64,000 nucleotides of DNA. Origin: Gammaproteobacteria bacterium (lineage in GTDB: Bacteria; Pseudomonadota; Gammaproteobacteria; Tethybacterales; G965206325). Below are positions 38,451 to 47,913 of the stretch, one piece after another (the stretch's first letter is position 1; each line of letters opens with the position of its first letter). The stretch covers positions 1,721,557 through 1,785,556 of the forward strand of contig OZ242208.1 in the NCBI GenBank assembly GCA_965206325.1, given 5' to 3'. The notes beneath the pieces are model-generated. The model was not told the origin of the DNA and made no database searches. It was given only the letters and a program-made list of their open reading frames with translations. The position numbers and the translations under genes were made by a program.

Positions 38451-39089
38451 ATGAATTCCGCCGACCGCCGAAAAATCTTTGAGCGGCTGCGCGCCGCCAA
38501 TCCCAAACCGACAACGGAATTGCGCTACCGCAATTCCTACCAATTGCTGGTGGCGGTTACTTTGTCCGCGCAGGCGACCGATAAAAGCGTCAATGCGGCG
38601 ACGCTGCCGCTTTTCGCCCGCGTCAAAACGCCCGCCGATATGCTGCGATTCGGCGAGGAAAAATTAAGGGAAAGCGTCCGTACGATTGGGCTTTTTCGGA
38701 CGAAGGCGAAAAATATCGTCGCGGCGGCGAAGATTCTTTTGGAAAAGCACGGCGGCGAAATTCCGCGCGACCGCGAATCGCTGGAATCGCTGCCCGGCGT
38801 CGGCCGCAAAACGGCGAATGTCATTCTCAACACCGCCTTCGGCGAGCCGACCATTGCGGTGGATACGCATATTTTTCGCTTGGCGAATCGCACCGGCATC
38901 GCGCCGGGAAAAAATCCGCGCGAAGTGGAATCGCATTTAGTGAAAGTCGTCCCCGCCGAATTCGCCCGCGACGCCCATCATTGGCTGATTCTGCACGGAC
39001 GCTACATTTGCCAGTCGCGCAAGCCGAAGTGCGCTATTTGCCGCATCGCCGACCTGTGCGAATATCCCGAAAAAACATCGGCGGAATAA
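38451..39089 (+). CDS. nth: endonuclease III
   Basis: HhH-GPD (LPGVGRKTANVIL) and 4Fe-4S CxxxxxxCxxC...C C-terminus. Confidence 0.9.
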   Translation: MNSADRRKIFERLRAANPKPTTELRYRNSYQLLVAVTLSAQATDKSVNAATLPLFARVKTPADMLRFGEEKLRESVRTIGLFRTKAKNIVAAAKILLEKHGGEIPRDRESLESLPGVGRKTANVILNTAFGEPTIAVDTHIFRLANRTGIAPGKNPREVESHLVKVVPAEFARDAHHWLILHGRYICQSRKPKCAICRIADLCEYPEKTSAE

Positions 39090-39177
39090 AACGAAAATGA
39101 ATCTCCGCCTTGAAAGTTTCGCCTTAAAATCAATTGACTTGCGCGAATTTACTTCAGACGACAAGACGACGCCAGAT

Positions 39178-39828
39178 TCAATCCCGAAAAAATTGGCGGG
39201 AAAGAGGCGACAGCGAATCGTCCAATTCATAAACCAGCGGAATGCCGGTGGGGATTTCAAAATGCGGAATGTCGTCGTCCGAAATGCCGTCCAGCCGCTT
39301 GACCAACGCCCGCAACGAATTGCCATGCGCGGAAATTATCACTTGTCCGCCCATTCGCAATTGGGGGGCGATTCGCTCGTCCCAGCATTCCGCCACCCGC
39401 TTCAGCGTGTCTTTGAGCGATTCGGCGGCGGGCGTGGAATTTTCCAGCGGCGGCGGGGCGATATCAAAACTGCGCCGCCAAATTCGCACTTGCTCATCGC
39501 CGAATTCACGCGCGATTTCCTGCTTATTTTTGCCTTGCAGGATGCCGTAGTGACGCTCGTTGAGACGCCAATCGGCTTCGGTCGGCGGCGACAGATTCAT
39601 TTCCGCCATCGCCAATTCCAGAGTCCGAATCGCCCTTTTCAAGCGGGAAGTGAAAGCGAAATCAAAAGCGAATCCGCGCGATTTCAGAATTCGTCCGGCT
39701 TGCTGCGCTTCTTTTTCGCCCTGCGGCGACAGACCGACATCAACCCAGCCGGTAAAAAGATTTTGCCGATTCCATTCGCTTTCGCCGTGCCGCAAAAGCG
39801 CGAGCGTTTTGCCGGATGAAGTCGGCAA
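39178..39828 (-). CDS. gpmA: 2,3-bisphosphoglycerate-dependent phosphoglycerate mutase
   Basis: LLRHGESEWNRQNLFTGWVDV histidine-phosphatase motif. Confidence 0.85.
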   Translation of the reverse strand: MPTSSGKTLALLRHGESEWNRQNLFTGWVDVGLSPQGEKEAQQAGRILKSRGFAFDFAFTSRLKRAIRTLELAMAEMNLSPPTEADWRLNERHYGILQGKNKQEIAREFGDEQVRIWRRSFDIAPPPLENSTPAAESLKDTLKRVAECWDERIAPQLRMGGQVIISAHGNSLRALVKRLDGISDDDIPHFEIPTGIPLVYELDDSLSPLSRQFFRD

Positions 39829-39830
39829 AA

Positions 39831-40739
39831 TTAAGCGGCGAGACGATGGGCGACCAATCCGCGAATTTTTTCCATCGCCCGCTTTTCAATCTGCCGCACA
39901 CGCTCGGCGGAAACGCCTAATTCGTCGGCGAGATTGTGCAGCGTTTTGCCGCCGGATTCGCCCAGCCATCGCGCGCGAATGATTTTGCGGCTGCGCTCGT
40001 CCAGAGAATCCATCGCTTCGGCGAGGGCTTCGCGGGCGGCGGTTTTTTCGTGCGATTCCATTAAAATCTGCTCGGCGTCGCGTCCTTCTTCCGACTGCAA
40101 ATACTGCAGCGGATTCAGCGGGGCGTTTTCTTCCGATTCGCCGACGGCGGCATCAAACGGAATTTCGCCTTTCATCCGCCGATGCATTTCAAAAACTTCG
40201 GCGGTCTTAACGCCCAATTCGCGGGCGATTCGCGATGCCTCCCGCTTGTCCAAATAATCGCCGCTGTATGAGGTCGAATCGTCCGACGGCTGCGACGAGC
40301 CCATCATTCGCCGCAAATTAAAGAATAATTTGCGCTGCGCTTTGGTCGTCGCAATTTTAACGATGCGCCAATTGCGAATGACGAATTCGTGAATCTCCGC
40401 CTTAATCCAATAGACGGCGAAAGTCGCCAAGCGCGCGCCCCGCTCCGGATCAAACCGCTTAACCGCCTTCATCAGCCCGATGTTGCCCTCCTGAATCAAA
40501 TCCGCCTGCGGAAGCCCGTATCCGTCGTAGCCGCGGGCGACGGCGGCAACCAGCCGCAAATGCGGCATAATCAATTGACGGGCGGCGGCAAGGTCGTTAT
40601 CGCGGCGGTAGGCCAAGGCGAGTCGCCGCTCTTCCTCTGCGGACAGCATCGGCACGCGGCGCACCGTCCGAAGATATTCGGCAATTCCGCCGATGGCGGC
40701 GGGAATCATCGGCTGCTGTTTGGCGGCGAGGGCTGTCAT
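39831..40739 (-). CDS. rpoH: RNA polymerase sigma-32
   Basis: RpoH box QRKLFFNLR and sigma-70 regions 2-4. Confidence 0.9.
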   Translation of the reverse strand: MTALAAKQQPMIPAAIGGIAEYLRTVRRVPMLSAEEERRLALAYRRDNDLAAARQLIMPHLRLVAAVARGYDGYGLPQADLIQEGNIGLMKAVKRFDPERGARLATFAVYWIKAEIHEFVIRNWRIVKIATTKAQRKLFFNLRRMMGSSQPSDDSTSYSGDYLDKREASRIARELGVKTAEVFEMHRRMKGEIPFDAAVGESEENAPLNPLQYLQSEEGRDAEQILMESHEKTAAREALAEAMDSLDERSRKIIRARWLGESGGKTLHNLADELGVSAERVRQIEKRAMEKIRGLVAHRLAA

Positions 40740-40922
40740 TGCGGTTTTCGTTTTCGGTGAATATTATACACGATGCCAAGAAAAAAAAGTCCTTTTTTTT
40801 CGGATGATGTTTGTATTTTTGTCACATTTTTCATCATTAGACCAACGCAGACCATCAGGACGAAGATTCTGCTTTTTGGGGAACAGTCGGGGCGGAGCAC
40901 CCGCACCCCGCATTTTGATTTT

Positions 40923-41741
40923 TTAATCTTGGGATTTTGAATCGCTTCGGCGGAAACGCAACCGCAAACGACGCATCATCCCGCGCAAAAAAAGCGCATA
41001 GCCGGAGCCGAAATACAACAGCGACATCGCCAGAAAAATCACAGGCAAATTATCCGACGCCGCTCCAATCACCGCCACCGCCAGCAGCACCAAAGCGACT
41101 CGCCGAAACGGAATGCGGCTCTTCAAATCCACATCCTTAAAACTGTGATACTTGACGCCGCTGACCATCGTAATGCCGACCACCATGGTCAGCAGCCATG
41201 CCGCCGCCGCCCAGCCGCCGGAAACGGCGTTAATGTCGGATTCCGCCGCCGTCCAGACGAAAGCGGCGACGACCGCCGCTCCGCACGGACTCGGCAGACC
41301 GGAAAAAAACCGCTTGTCGGCGCCGGCTAATTCCACATTAAATCGCGCCAATCGCACGGCGACGGCGGCGCAATAAACAAACGCCGCCGCCCAGCCGAGT
41401 TTTCCCAATCCGACCAGCGACCACTGATAAATCAACAGCGCCGGCGCCACGCCGAAAGCAATGACATCCGACAGCGAATCGTATTCCGCCCCGAAAACGC
41501 TCTGCGTGTTGGTGTAGCGGGCGACCCGTCCATCGCAGGCGTCAAACAGCATCGCAAAATAAATCGCCGCCGCCGCGCGCGGATAATCGCCGTTGACGGT
41601 TTGAATCACCGCGTAAAATCCGCTGAATAAAGCGGCGGTCGTGAATAAATGCGGCAGCAGATAAATCCCCCGGCGCGGCCAGATTCGCCGCTTGGATTTC
41701 ATTCCGGCGGAATCATTTTCGGAATTATTTCGCTCCGTCAT
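40923..41741 (-). CDS. pssA: CDP-diacylglycerol--serine O-phosphatidyltransferase
   Basis: CDP-alcohol phosphatidyltransferase motif DACDGRVAR...G...D...D. Confidence 0.85.
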   Translation of the reverse strand: MTERNNSENDSAGMKSKRRIWPRRGIYLLPHLFTTAALFSGFYAVIQTVNGDYPRAAAAIYFAMLFDACDGRVARYTNTQSVFGAEYDSLSDVIAFGVAPALLIYQWSLVGLGKLGWAAAFVYCAAVAVRLARFNVELAGADKRFFSGLPSPCGAAVVAAFVWTAAESDINAVSGGWAAAAWLLTMVVGITMVSGVKYHSFKDVDLKSRIPFRRVALVLLAVAVIGAASDNLPVIFLAMSLLYFGSGYALFLRGMMRRLRLRFRRSDSKSQD

Positions 41742-41744
41742 TTT

Positions 41745-42374
41745 TTAATTGCCGCCAAAGCGGGCGATGATGGTTTCGCCGCCGCAAACTTTTTCGCCGA
41801 CCGCCACCGCCGCCGCCGCCGCCGTCGGCAGATAAACATCCACCCGCGAGCCGAAGCGAATGAATCCGTAAGGATTCCCCAGCTGCACCGCATCATCTTT
41901 TTTAACATAGCACAAAATTCGCCGCGCGATAAATCCCGCCACCTGCACGCAAGTGACGCCGCCGTTGACGCCGTCAATCCGAATCGCCCGCCGCTCGTTT
42001 TCCGCCGACGATTTGTCCAAAGCGGCGTTGAAAAATTTGCCGGGATGATAATCGTCCGCCGTCACCCGCCCGCTAATCGGGGCGCGATTTACATGGACAT
42101 TAAACGGACTCATAAAAATGGAAATTTTCAGCGACGGCGAATTCGCGCACGGGTCGGGCGATTCGCCGACAAAAACCACCCGTCCGTCGGCGGGGGCGAC
42201 GGCGATGGAATCATCGTCGGCGGGCGGGCGGCGAACCGGGTCGCGGAAAAATTGGACGACGAAAATCACCGCCGCCCACATCGGCAAAGACCACCAGCCC
42301 GCTGTTATCGTCAGCAGAATCGCCAGTGCGAGCGCAGCGGCGAGATGCCAAATTCCTTCGCGGGCAAATTTCAT
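41745..42374 (-). CDS. psd: phosphatidylserine decarboxylase (short Psd-related form)
   Basis: 209 aa, FMSPFNVHVNRAPISG and LGS-type cleavage region; adjacent to pssA. Confidence 0.8.
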   Translation of the reverse strand: MKFAREGIWHLAAALALAILLTITAGWWSLPMWAAVIFVVQFFRDPVRRPPADDDSIAVAPADGRVVFVGESPDPCANSPSLKISIFMSPFNVHVNRAPISGRVTADDYHPGKFFNAALDKSSAENERRAIRIDGVNGGVTCVQVAGFIARRILCYVKKDDAVQLGNPYGFIRFGSRVDVYLPTAAAAAVAVGEKVCGGETIIARFGGN

Positions 42375-42482
42375 TTTGGGATTTTAATGTAATTTTCCCC
42401 TGCGCGGGTCGACGGCTGCAGAATCAATCTGCGGAAAAAAGCGCAAAGCCGAATCAAACGGCGTAGAATTCGTCGGCACATT

Positions 42483-43457
42483 ATGGCGAATTCTCTTGCG
42501 AAAAGCCGCCGCCTGTGCGCGGCGCCGATGATGCGCTTTTCGCATCGTCACGCCCGCTATTTCTGGCGGACGCTTAGCCGCGCAAGTTTGCTCTACACCG
42601 AAATGCTTACCGCCGACGCGGTTTTGCGCGGCGAAAAAAATCGCCTGCTTGCCTTTGATTCGGCGGAAAAACCGCTAGCTTTGCAGTTGGCAGGCGCCGA
42701 CCCCGCCAAACTCGCCAACGCCGCCAAAATCGGCGAAGAATGGGGATACGACGAAATTAATCTCAACGCCGGCTGTCCGAGTCCGCGCGTCCGCCGGGGC
42801 GAATTCGGCGCATGCTTGATGGCGCGTCCGCAATTAGTCGGCGAATGCGTAGCGGCGATGCAGTCGGCGACGCGGCTGCCCGTCACCGTCAAATGCCGAA
42901 TCGCCATCGACGAAATGGATTCTGAATCCTGCCTTAATAATTTCGCCAAAGCGGTTTGGGAATCCGGCGGCGACGCTTTGATTGTGCATGCCCGAAGGGC
43001 TTGGCTCGGCGGATTAAATCCGCGCGAAAATCGCAGCAAGCCGCCGCTGGATTACGCGCGCGTTTATCAATTGAAGCGCGATTTTCCCAAACTCGCCATT
43101 ATCATTAATGGGGGAATTGACGACGCCTATTCGGCGCGATTGCATTTGGAAAAAGTCGACGGCGCAATGCTCGGCCGGGCGGCGGCATATCGCCCTTATG
43201 CATTCGCGCAAATTGCCGGCGGGATTTACGGCGATCCCCCCCCCCCCCGAACTGATGCAATCGCAAAAATGCTGGAGTATTGCGCGCGGCGAATCGCCGA
43301 AGAATCGGCGGCCAATTGGCGGCGGATTCTGTCGCCGCTGTGGGGGCTTTATCACGGCGAGCCGCATGCGCGGATTTTTCGCCGCGCGCTCGCGAATGCG
43401 GCGGAATTCAAAGGCGCCTTTGCCGCACTGTCCGCCGCCGGATTTCGCGCGCGATGA
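42483..43457 (+). CDS. dusA: tRNA-dihydrouridine synthase A
   Basis: Dus TIM-barrel motifs (EINLNAGCPS, VKCRI). Confidence 0.85.
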   Translation: MANSLAKSRRLCAAPMMRFSHRHARYFWRTLSRASLLYTEMLTADAVLRGEKNRLLAFDSAEKPLALQLAGADPAKLANAAKIGEEWGYDEINLNAGCPSPRVRRGEFGACLMARPQLVGECVAAMQSATRLPVTVKCRIAIDEMDSESCLNNFAKAVWESGGDALIVHARRAWLGGLNPRENRSKPPLDYARVYQLKRDFPKLAIIINGGIDDAYSARLHLEKVDGAMLGRAAAYRPYAFAQIAGGIYGDPPPPRTDAIAKMLEYCARRIAEESAANWRRILSPLWGLYHGEPHARIFRRALANAAEFKGAFAALSAAGFRAR

Positions 43458-44317
43458 CGCCGTTCATTGCGAACCGCTTATCCGCTTATCTGCGGCTGGC
43501 CAGATTCAACAGTCCGGCGGGCGCGCTTTTTTTATTGTGGCCGACCTTGTGGGGATTGTGGCTCGCCTCCCAAGGAGCCCCCCCCCCCCCCCTTGTTTTT
43601 ATTTTTATCGCCGGTGTTTTTAGCATGCGCGCCTTCGGCTGCGCGATAAACGACATCGCCGACCGCCGCTTTGATTCGCGCGTCGCCCGCACCCGTCTGC
43701 GTCCTTTGGCGTCGGGGGAAATTAATGCCGCAGAAGCAATCGGCGTCGCCGTATTTTTTCTTGCCATCGCTTTTTTGCTTTGGCTGCAATTGAATGCCGC
43801 CGCGCGATTATGGGCTTTCGCCGCATTATTCCTCGCCGTCACTTATCCATTCGCCAAGCGAATCATTGCGATGCCGCAGGCGTATTTGGGAATCGCATTC
43901 GGCTTTGGAATTCCAATGGCCTACGCCGCCGCCCAAAATGAAATTCCAACGGAAGCATGGGCTTTGGTCTTGGGAAATGCATTATGGACAATCGCCTACG
44001 ACACCGTCTATGCAATGAGCGACCGCAGCGACGACTTAAAAATCGGCGTTAATAGTTCGGCGATATTATTCGGCAGGCGCGATGTTCTTGCAGTGGCGTC
44101 TTTTTTATGCGCGATGCTGATATGGATGGCGATGCTGGGAATCGCACTTAACCTTGGCATTCTTTATCAATTGTCTTTGCTCTTCGCCGCCGCCTTGGCG
44201 ATTGACTGCCACCGCCGCATTCGCGGGCGCGACCCCGCAAAATGCCTCGCCGCTTTTCGCATTAATCATTGGATGGGCGCGATTATTTTCGTCGGCGTTG
44301 TTTTTGCCGAGCGATGA
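43454..44317 (+). CDS. ubiA: 4-hydroxybenzoate octaprenyltransferase
   Basis: Trimmed to MTPFIANRLSAYLRLARF; UbiA motif NDIADRRFD; 4 nt overlap with dusA. Confidence 0.85.
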   Translation: MTPFIANRLSAYLRLARFNSPAGALFLLWPTLWGLWLASQGAPPPPLVFIFIAGVFSMRAFGCAINDIADRRFDSRVARTRLRPLASGEINAAEAIGVAVFFLAIAFLLWLQLNAAARLWAFAALFLAVTYPFAKRIIAMPQAYLGIAFGFGIPMAYAAAQNEIPTEAWALVLGNALWTIAYDTVYAMSDRSDDLKIGVNSSAILFGRRDVLAVASFLCAMLIWMAMLGIALNLGILYQLSLLFAAALAIDCHRRIRGRDPAKCLAAFRINHWMGAIIFVGVVFAER

Positions 44318-44910
44318 CCCCCCCCCCCCCCCCTCATGCGAAAAATGAAATCATCGCCGTTGACGGCGACGGCTTTGCATCTTCGGCGCAATTTATTAAG
44401 TCGCCCAATTGCGATTCGCGGCCGGATGATTCCGCCGTTGAATTAATTGTGCTGCATGGCATTTCTTTGCCGCCCGGCGAATTCATCGGCGATGCGGTGG
44501 AGCGGCTGTTTTTGAATTCGCTGGATTGCGAATCGCATCCGTATTATGCAAAGTTGCGCGGCTTGCGGGTATCTTCGCATTTTTTCATTCGCCGGGGGGG
44601 GGGGGTAATTCAGTTTGTATCTTGTAATTTGCGGGCGTGGCATGCCGGCGAATCGCAATGGCGCGGACGCGGACGCTGCAACGACTTTTCCGTCGGCGTG
44701 GAAATTGAAGGGGCGGAAGCGAAATCGCCGACGGCTATGCAGTATCAAAAACTTACCGCTCTTATCCGCGGCTTAATAATGCAGTATCCGATAAAAGGAA
44801 TCGCCGGCCATTGCGACATCGCGCCCGGACGCAAAGATGATCCTGCGGATTCCTTTAATTGGAAAATGCTTTTTGCCGCCGTCGGCGAACAATATGACGG
44901 CCGCGCTTAA
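44314..44910 (+). CDS. ampD: 1,6-anhydro-N-acetylmuramyl-L-alanine amidase
   Basis: CDSRPDD, HGISLPPGEF, AWHAGES, GHCDIAPGRKDDP align with E. coli AmpD. ATGA overlap with ubiA. C16 tract directly after the start. Confidence 0.8.
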   Translation: MTPPPPPHAKNEIIAVDGDGFASSAQFIKSPNCDSRPDDSAVELIVLHGISLPPGEFIGDAVERLFLNSLDCESHPYYAKLRGLRVSSHFFIRRGGGVIQFVSCNLRAWHAGESQWRGRGRCNDFSVGVEIEGAEAKSPTAMQYQKLTALIRGLIMQYPIKGIAGHCDIAPGRKDDPADSFNWKMLFAAVGEQYDGRA

Positions 44911-44934
44911 CCTTTGTGAATTCATTTTTGGCAA

Positions 44935-45621
44935 ATGAAGAATTTAGATGCGATTGAAATCAATCCGCGCGAAAAGGTAACAACCTGCGCGATTATCCTG
45001 CACGGCCTCGGCGCCGACGGCAGGGACTTAGCGTCGCTCGCCGATGAATTAGCGGCGGCGGGAAGGCGCTTTATTTTTCCGCATGCGCCCGCGCGGCCGG
45101 TCGCCATCAACGGCGGAATGATGATGCGGGCGTGGCACGACATCGTCGACATTCGGCTGGATTGCGCGCAGGACGAAATAGGCGCGCGCGATTCGCAGCG
45201 GCGAATTAATGCACTGATTGCGCGCGAAAAAAGACGCGGATTGGCGGCGGGGCAAATCGTCCTTATCGGCTTTTCGCAGGGCGGCGCGATATCGCTTTTT
45301 TGCGGACTTCGGCAAACTGAATCGCTCGGCGGAATTGCGGCGCTTTCTTCTTATCTTTTGCTGCCGGAAACACTTGCGGACGAATCGCCCCCATGCGCAA
45401 AAACGACGCCGATTTTTATCGCGCACGGCGAATTAGATCCGATTGTGCCGCCGACTTTAGGCCGCCGCGCTTACGAGAATTTATCGGCGATGGGATTTAG
45501 CCGGGCGAAATTTCATGCATATTCGGATTTGCCGCATGCCATTTCTTCGCGCGAAATCGCCGACCTTAAAATGTGGCTGGATTCAATCCATCAGCCCAAA
45601 GCCGCAGAGCGGAATAAATAA
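44935..45621 (+). CDS. alpha/beta hydrolase (phospholipase/carboxylesterase family)
   Basis: GFSQGG nucleophile elbow, 228 aa. Confidence 0.7.
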   Translation: MKNLDAIEINPREKVTTCAIILHGLGADGRDLASLADELAAAGRRFIFPHAPARPVAINGGMMMRAWHDIVDIRLDCAQDEIGARDSQRRINALIAREKRRGLAAGQIVLIGFSQGGAISLFCGLRQTESLGGIAALSSYLLLPETLADESPPCAKTTPIFIAHGELDPIVPPTLGRRAYENLSAMGFSRAKFHAYSDLPHAISSREIADLKMWLDSIHQPKAAERNK

Positions 45622-45691
45622 TACCGACTCCGATGCGCGAATTTGGAGTAGAATAGCTGTCGGAAAATTCTATCAACGGAGAATTCAATCA

Positions 45692-47266
45692 ATGGCAAGT
45701 TTGAAGCAAAATTCCACCGCGCCTGCGTCGTCGGCCGCCGCCGAAAAATCGTCCGCCTCGCGGGGACGAGCTGCGCCGCGAATCCCGCTGTTCATCGACG
45801 GCAAAGCCGTTCAAAGCCGCGCCAAGCAGCATCTGCCGGTGATTGATCCGGCTACGCAGAAAATTCTGGGCGAAGTCCCTTTCGCCACCGCCGCCGAAAT
45901 TGATCGCGCCATCGCCGGGGCAAAGCGGGCTTTCAGCGAATGGCGCAATATCCCGCTGCCGGAAAGAGCGCGCTTGATGCTGCGCTTTCAGCATCTTCTT
46001 AAAGAAAAGCAGGACGAAATCGCCCGCGTTCTCGCGCAGGATAACGGCAAGCATCTGGACGACGCGCGCGGCGAAGTGTGGCGCGGAATTGAAGTCGCCG
46101 AATTCGCTTGCGGCGTCGCCACGCAAATGATGGGCGAAACCGCCGAAAATGTCGCACGCCGCGTGGATACTTACAGTTATCTGCAGCCGCTCGGCGTTTG
46201 CGCGGGCATCACGCCGTTTAATTTTCCGGCGATGATTCCGCTGTGGATGTTTCCGCTCGCCATCGCCTGCGGAAATGCCTTTGTGCTGAAGCCGTCGGAG
46301 CAGGTGCCGCTCGCGCCGATGAAACTCGCCGAATTGTTTAAGAAAGCCGGCGCGCCCGATGGAATTCTGCAAGTCGTCCACGGCGGACGGGAGCAGGCGG
46401 AGCGTCTGCTGACGCATCCCGATATTAAGGCAATTTCTTTTGTCGGCTCGGCGACGGTGGCGCGGCAGATTTACCGCGTCGGCTGCGATAATTTAAAGCG
46501 CGTGCAGGCGCTCGCCGGGGCGAAAAATCACATGATCATAATGCCGGATGCGAATAAAAATCAAACGCTCGCCGCTCTTACGGGCGCATCGTGCGGCGGC
46601 GCCGGACAGCGATGCATGGCGATTTCGGCGGCGGTTTTTGTCGGCAAATCCAAAAAATGGCTGCCCGATTTGGCGCAAGAAATGGCCAAAGCCCGCCCCG
46701 GAATTTGGTCGGACGCCGACGCCGCCTACGGCCCGCTGGTTTCCGCCGCCGCCCGCGAAAGAGTTTTGGGGTTTATCGCCGAAGGCAAAAAAGAAGGCGC
46801 GCAATGCCTGCTGGACGGCTCGCAGTGCCGCGTGAAAAATCTGCCCAGCGGCAATTGGGTGGGACCGACGCTCTTCGCCAAAGTGACTCCGCAAATGAAA
46901 ATCTACCGCGAAGAAATTTTCGGCCCGGTGCTGGTTGCTTTGGAGGTGGAGTCGCTGGAAGAGGCGATTGCCCTGACAAACGCGAATCCCTACGGCAACG
47001 GCACTTCTATTTTCACTTCCAGCGGAGCGGCGGCGCGCAAATTTCAAAGCGAAATTGAAGCCGGACAAGTCGGCATTAATCTGCCGATTCCGGTGCCGCT
47101 GCCGTTTTTTTCCTTTACCGGCTGGAAGGGGTCGTTTTACGGCGATCTTCATGCATACGGCAAGCAGGCGATTCGCTTTTACACCGAAACTAAAACCATT
47201 ACGGCAAGATGGTTTGAAGACGACATCGCCGCCGCTTCGTCAATGAAATCGGTCGGGGCGACATGA
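45692..47266 (+). CDS. mmsA: CoA-acylating methylmalonate-semialdehyde dehydrogenase
   Basis: Aldehyde dehydrogenase family with MmsA-type N-terminal region; trimmed to MASLKQN. Confidence 0.8.
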   Translation: MASLKQNSTAPASSAAAEKSSASRGRAAPRIPLFIDGKAVQSRAKQHLPVIDPATQKILGEVPFATAAEIDRAIAGAKRAFSEWRNIPLPERARLMLRFQHLLKEKQDEIARVLAQDNGKHLDDARGEVWRGIEVAEFACGVATQMMGETAENVARRVDTYSYLQPLGVCAGITPFNFPAMIPLWMFPLAIACGNAFVLKPSEQVPLAPMKLAELFKKAGAPDGILQVVHGGREQAERLLTHPDIKAISFVGSATVARQIYRVGCDNLKRVQALAGAKNHMIIMPDANKNQTLAALTGASCGGAGQRCMAISAAVFVGKSKKWLPDLAQEMAKARPGIWSDADAAYGPLVSAAARERVLGFIAEGKKEGAQCLLDGSQCRVKNLPSGNWVGPTLFAKVTPQMKIYREEIFGPVLVALEVESLEEAIALTNANPYGNGTSIFTSSGAAARKFQSEIEAGQVGINLPIPVPLPFFSFTGWKGSFYGDLHAYGKQAIRFYTETKTITARWFEDDIAAASSMKSVGAT

Positions 47267-47913
47267 TTTTTCGTCCGCGCTATTTATCCGCAATTCTGCT
47301 CGCCGTTTTTGCGATTGCATTTTCGCCGCCCGCCCTCGCTGAGGGCGATGCCGCTATCGGGCAGGTCAAATCCAATCAGTGCATTGGCTGCCATGAAATT
47401 TCGCGCTACAAAACGACTTTTCCGGTCGTATATACCGTGCCGAAAATTCGCGGACAGAGTCCGCTTTATTTGGAAGCGGCGTTGAAGGCGTATCGCGACG
47501 GCTCGCGCGCGCATCCGTCTATGGAAGCGATTGCCGCTTCGCTTTCCGACGAGGACATCGCCGATTTAGCGGCCTATTACGGCGGCGAAATTGCGGCGGA
47601 AGATTCCGGCAGCGACGGCGAATCGCCCGAATCCGTCGATGCCCTGCTGCCGATTTGCGCGACCTGCCATGGGGCGGCGGGGAATCGTCCGATTGCCAAC
47701 TATCCCAAACTTGCCGGACAGCACGCCGATTATCTGCGCGAATCCCTTCTCGCCTACAAGCGGGGAGCGGACGGCGAATCGCGCGGCATCGGCGGCTGGC
47801 GAAATCACGCCGTGATGATGCAGCAAATTTTGCTGATTCCGGCAGAAGAATATGCGGCGCGCTCGTCTCAATTAGCCGAGTATTTTGCCGCCCAAACTGG
47901 AGATTTAGAATGA
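47263..47913 (+). CDS. dihaem cytochrome c4
   Basis: Signal peptide plus two CxxCH motifs (CIGCHE, CATCHG). Confidence 0.8.
   Translation: MIFRPRYLSAILLAVFAIAFSPPALAEGDAAIGQVKSNQCIGCHEISRYKTTFPVVYTVPKIRGQSPLYLEAALKAYRDGSRAHPSMEAIAASLSDEDIADLAAYYGGEIAAEDSGSDGESPESVDALLPICATCHGAAGNRPIANYPKLAGQHADYLRESLLAYKRGADGESRGIGGWRNHAVMMQQILLIPAEEYAARSSQLAEYFAAQTGDLE

Noticed and set aside
40740-40922. Hairpin plus T-run (GGGGCGGAGCACCCGCACCCCGCATTTTGATTTTTT) read as a + strand terminator
   Set aside because: No + strand gene ends upstream of it. The region is the rpoH promoter / pssA 3' intergenic region, and the minus-strand reading lacks a U-run, so terminator assignment is unsupported.
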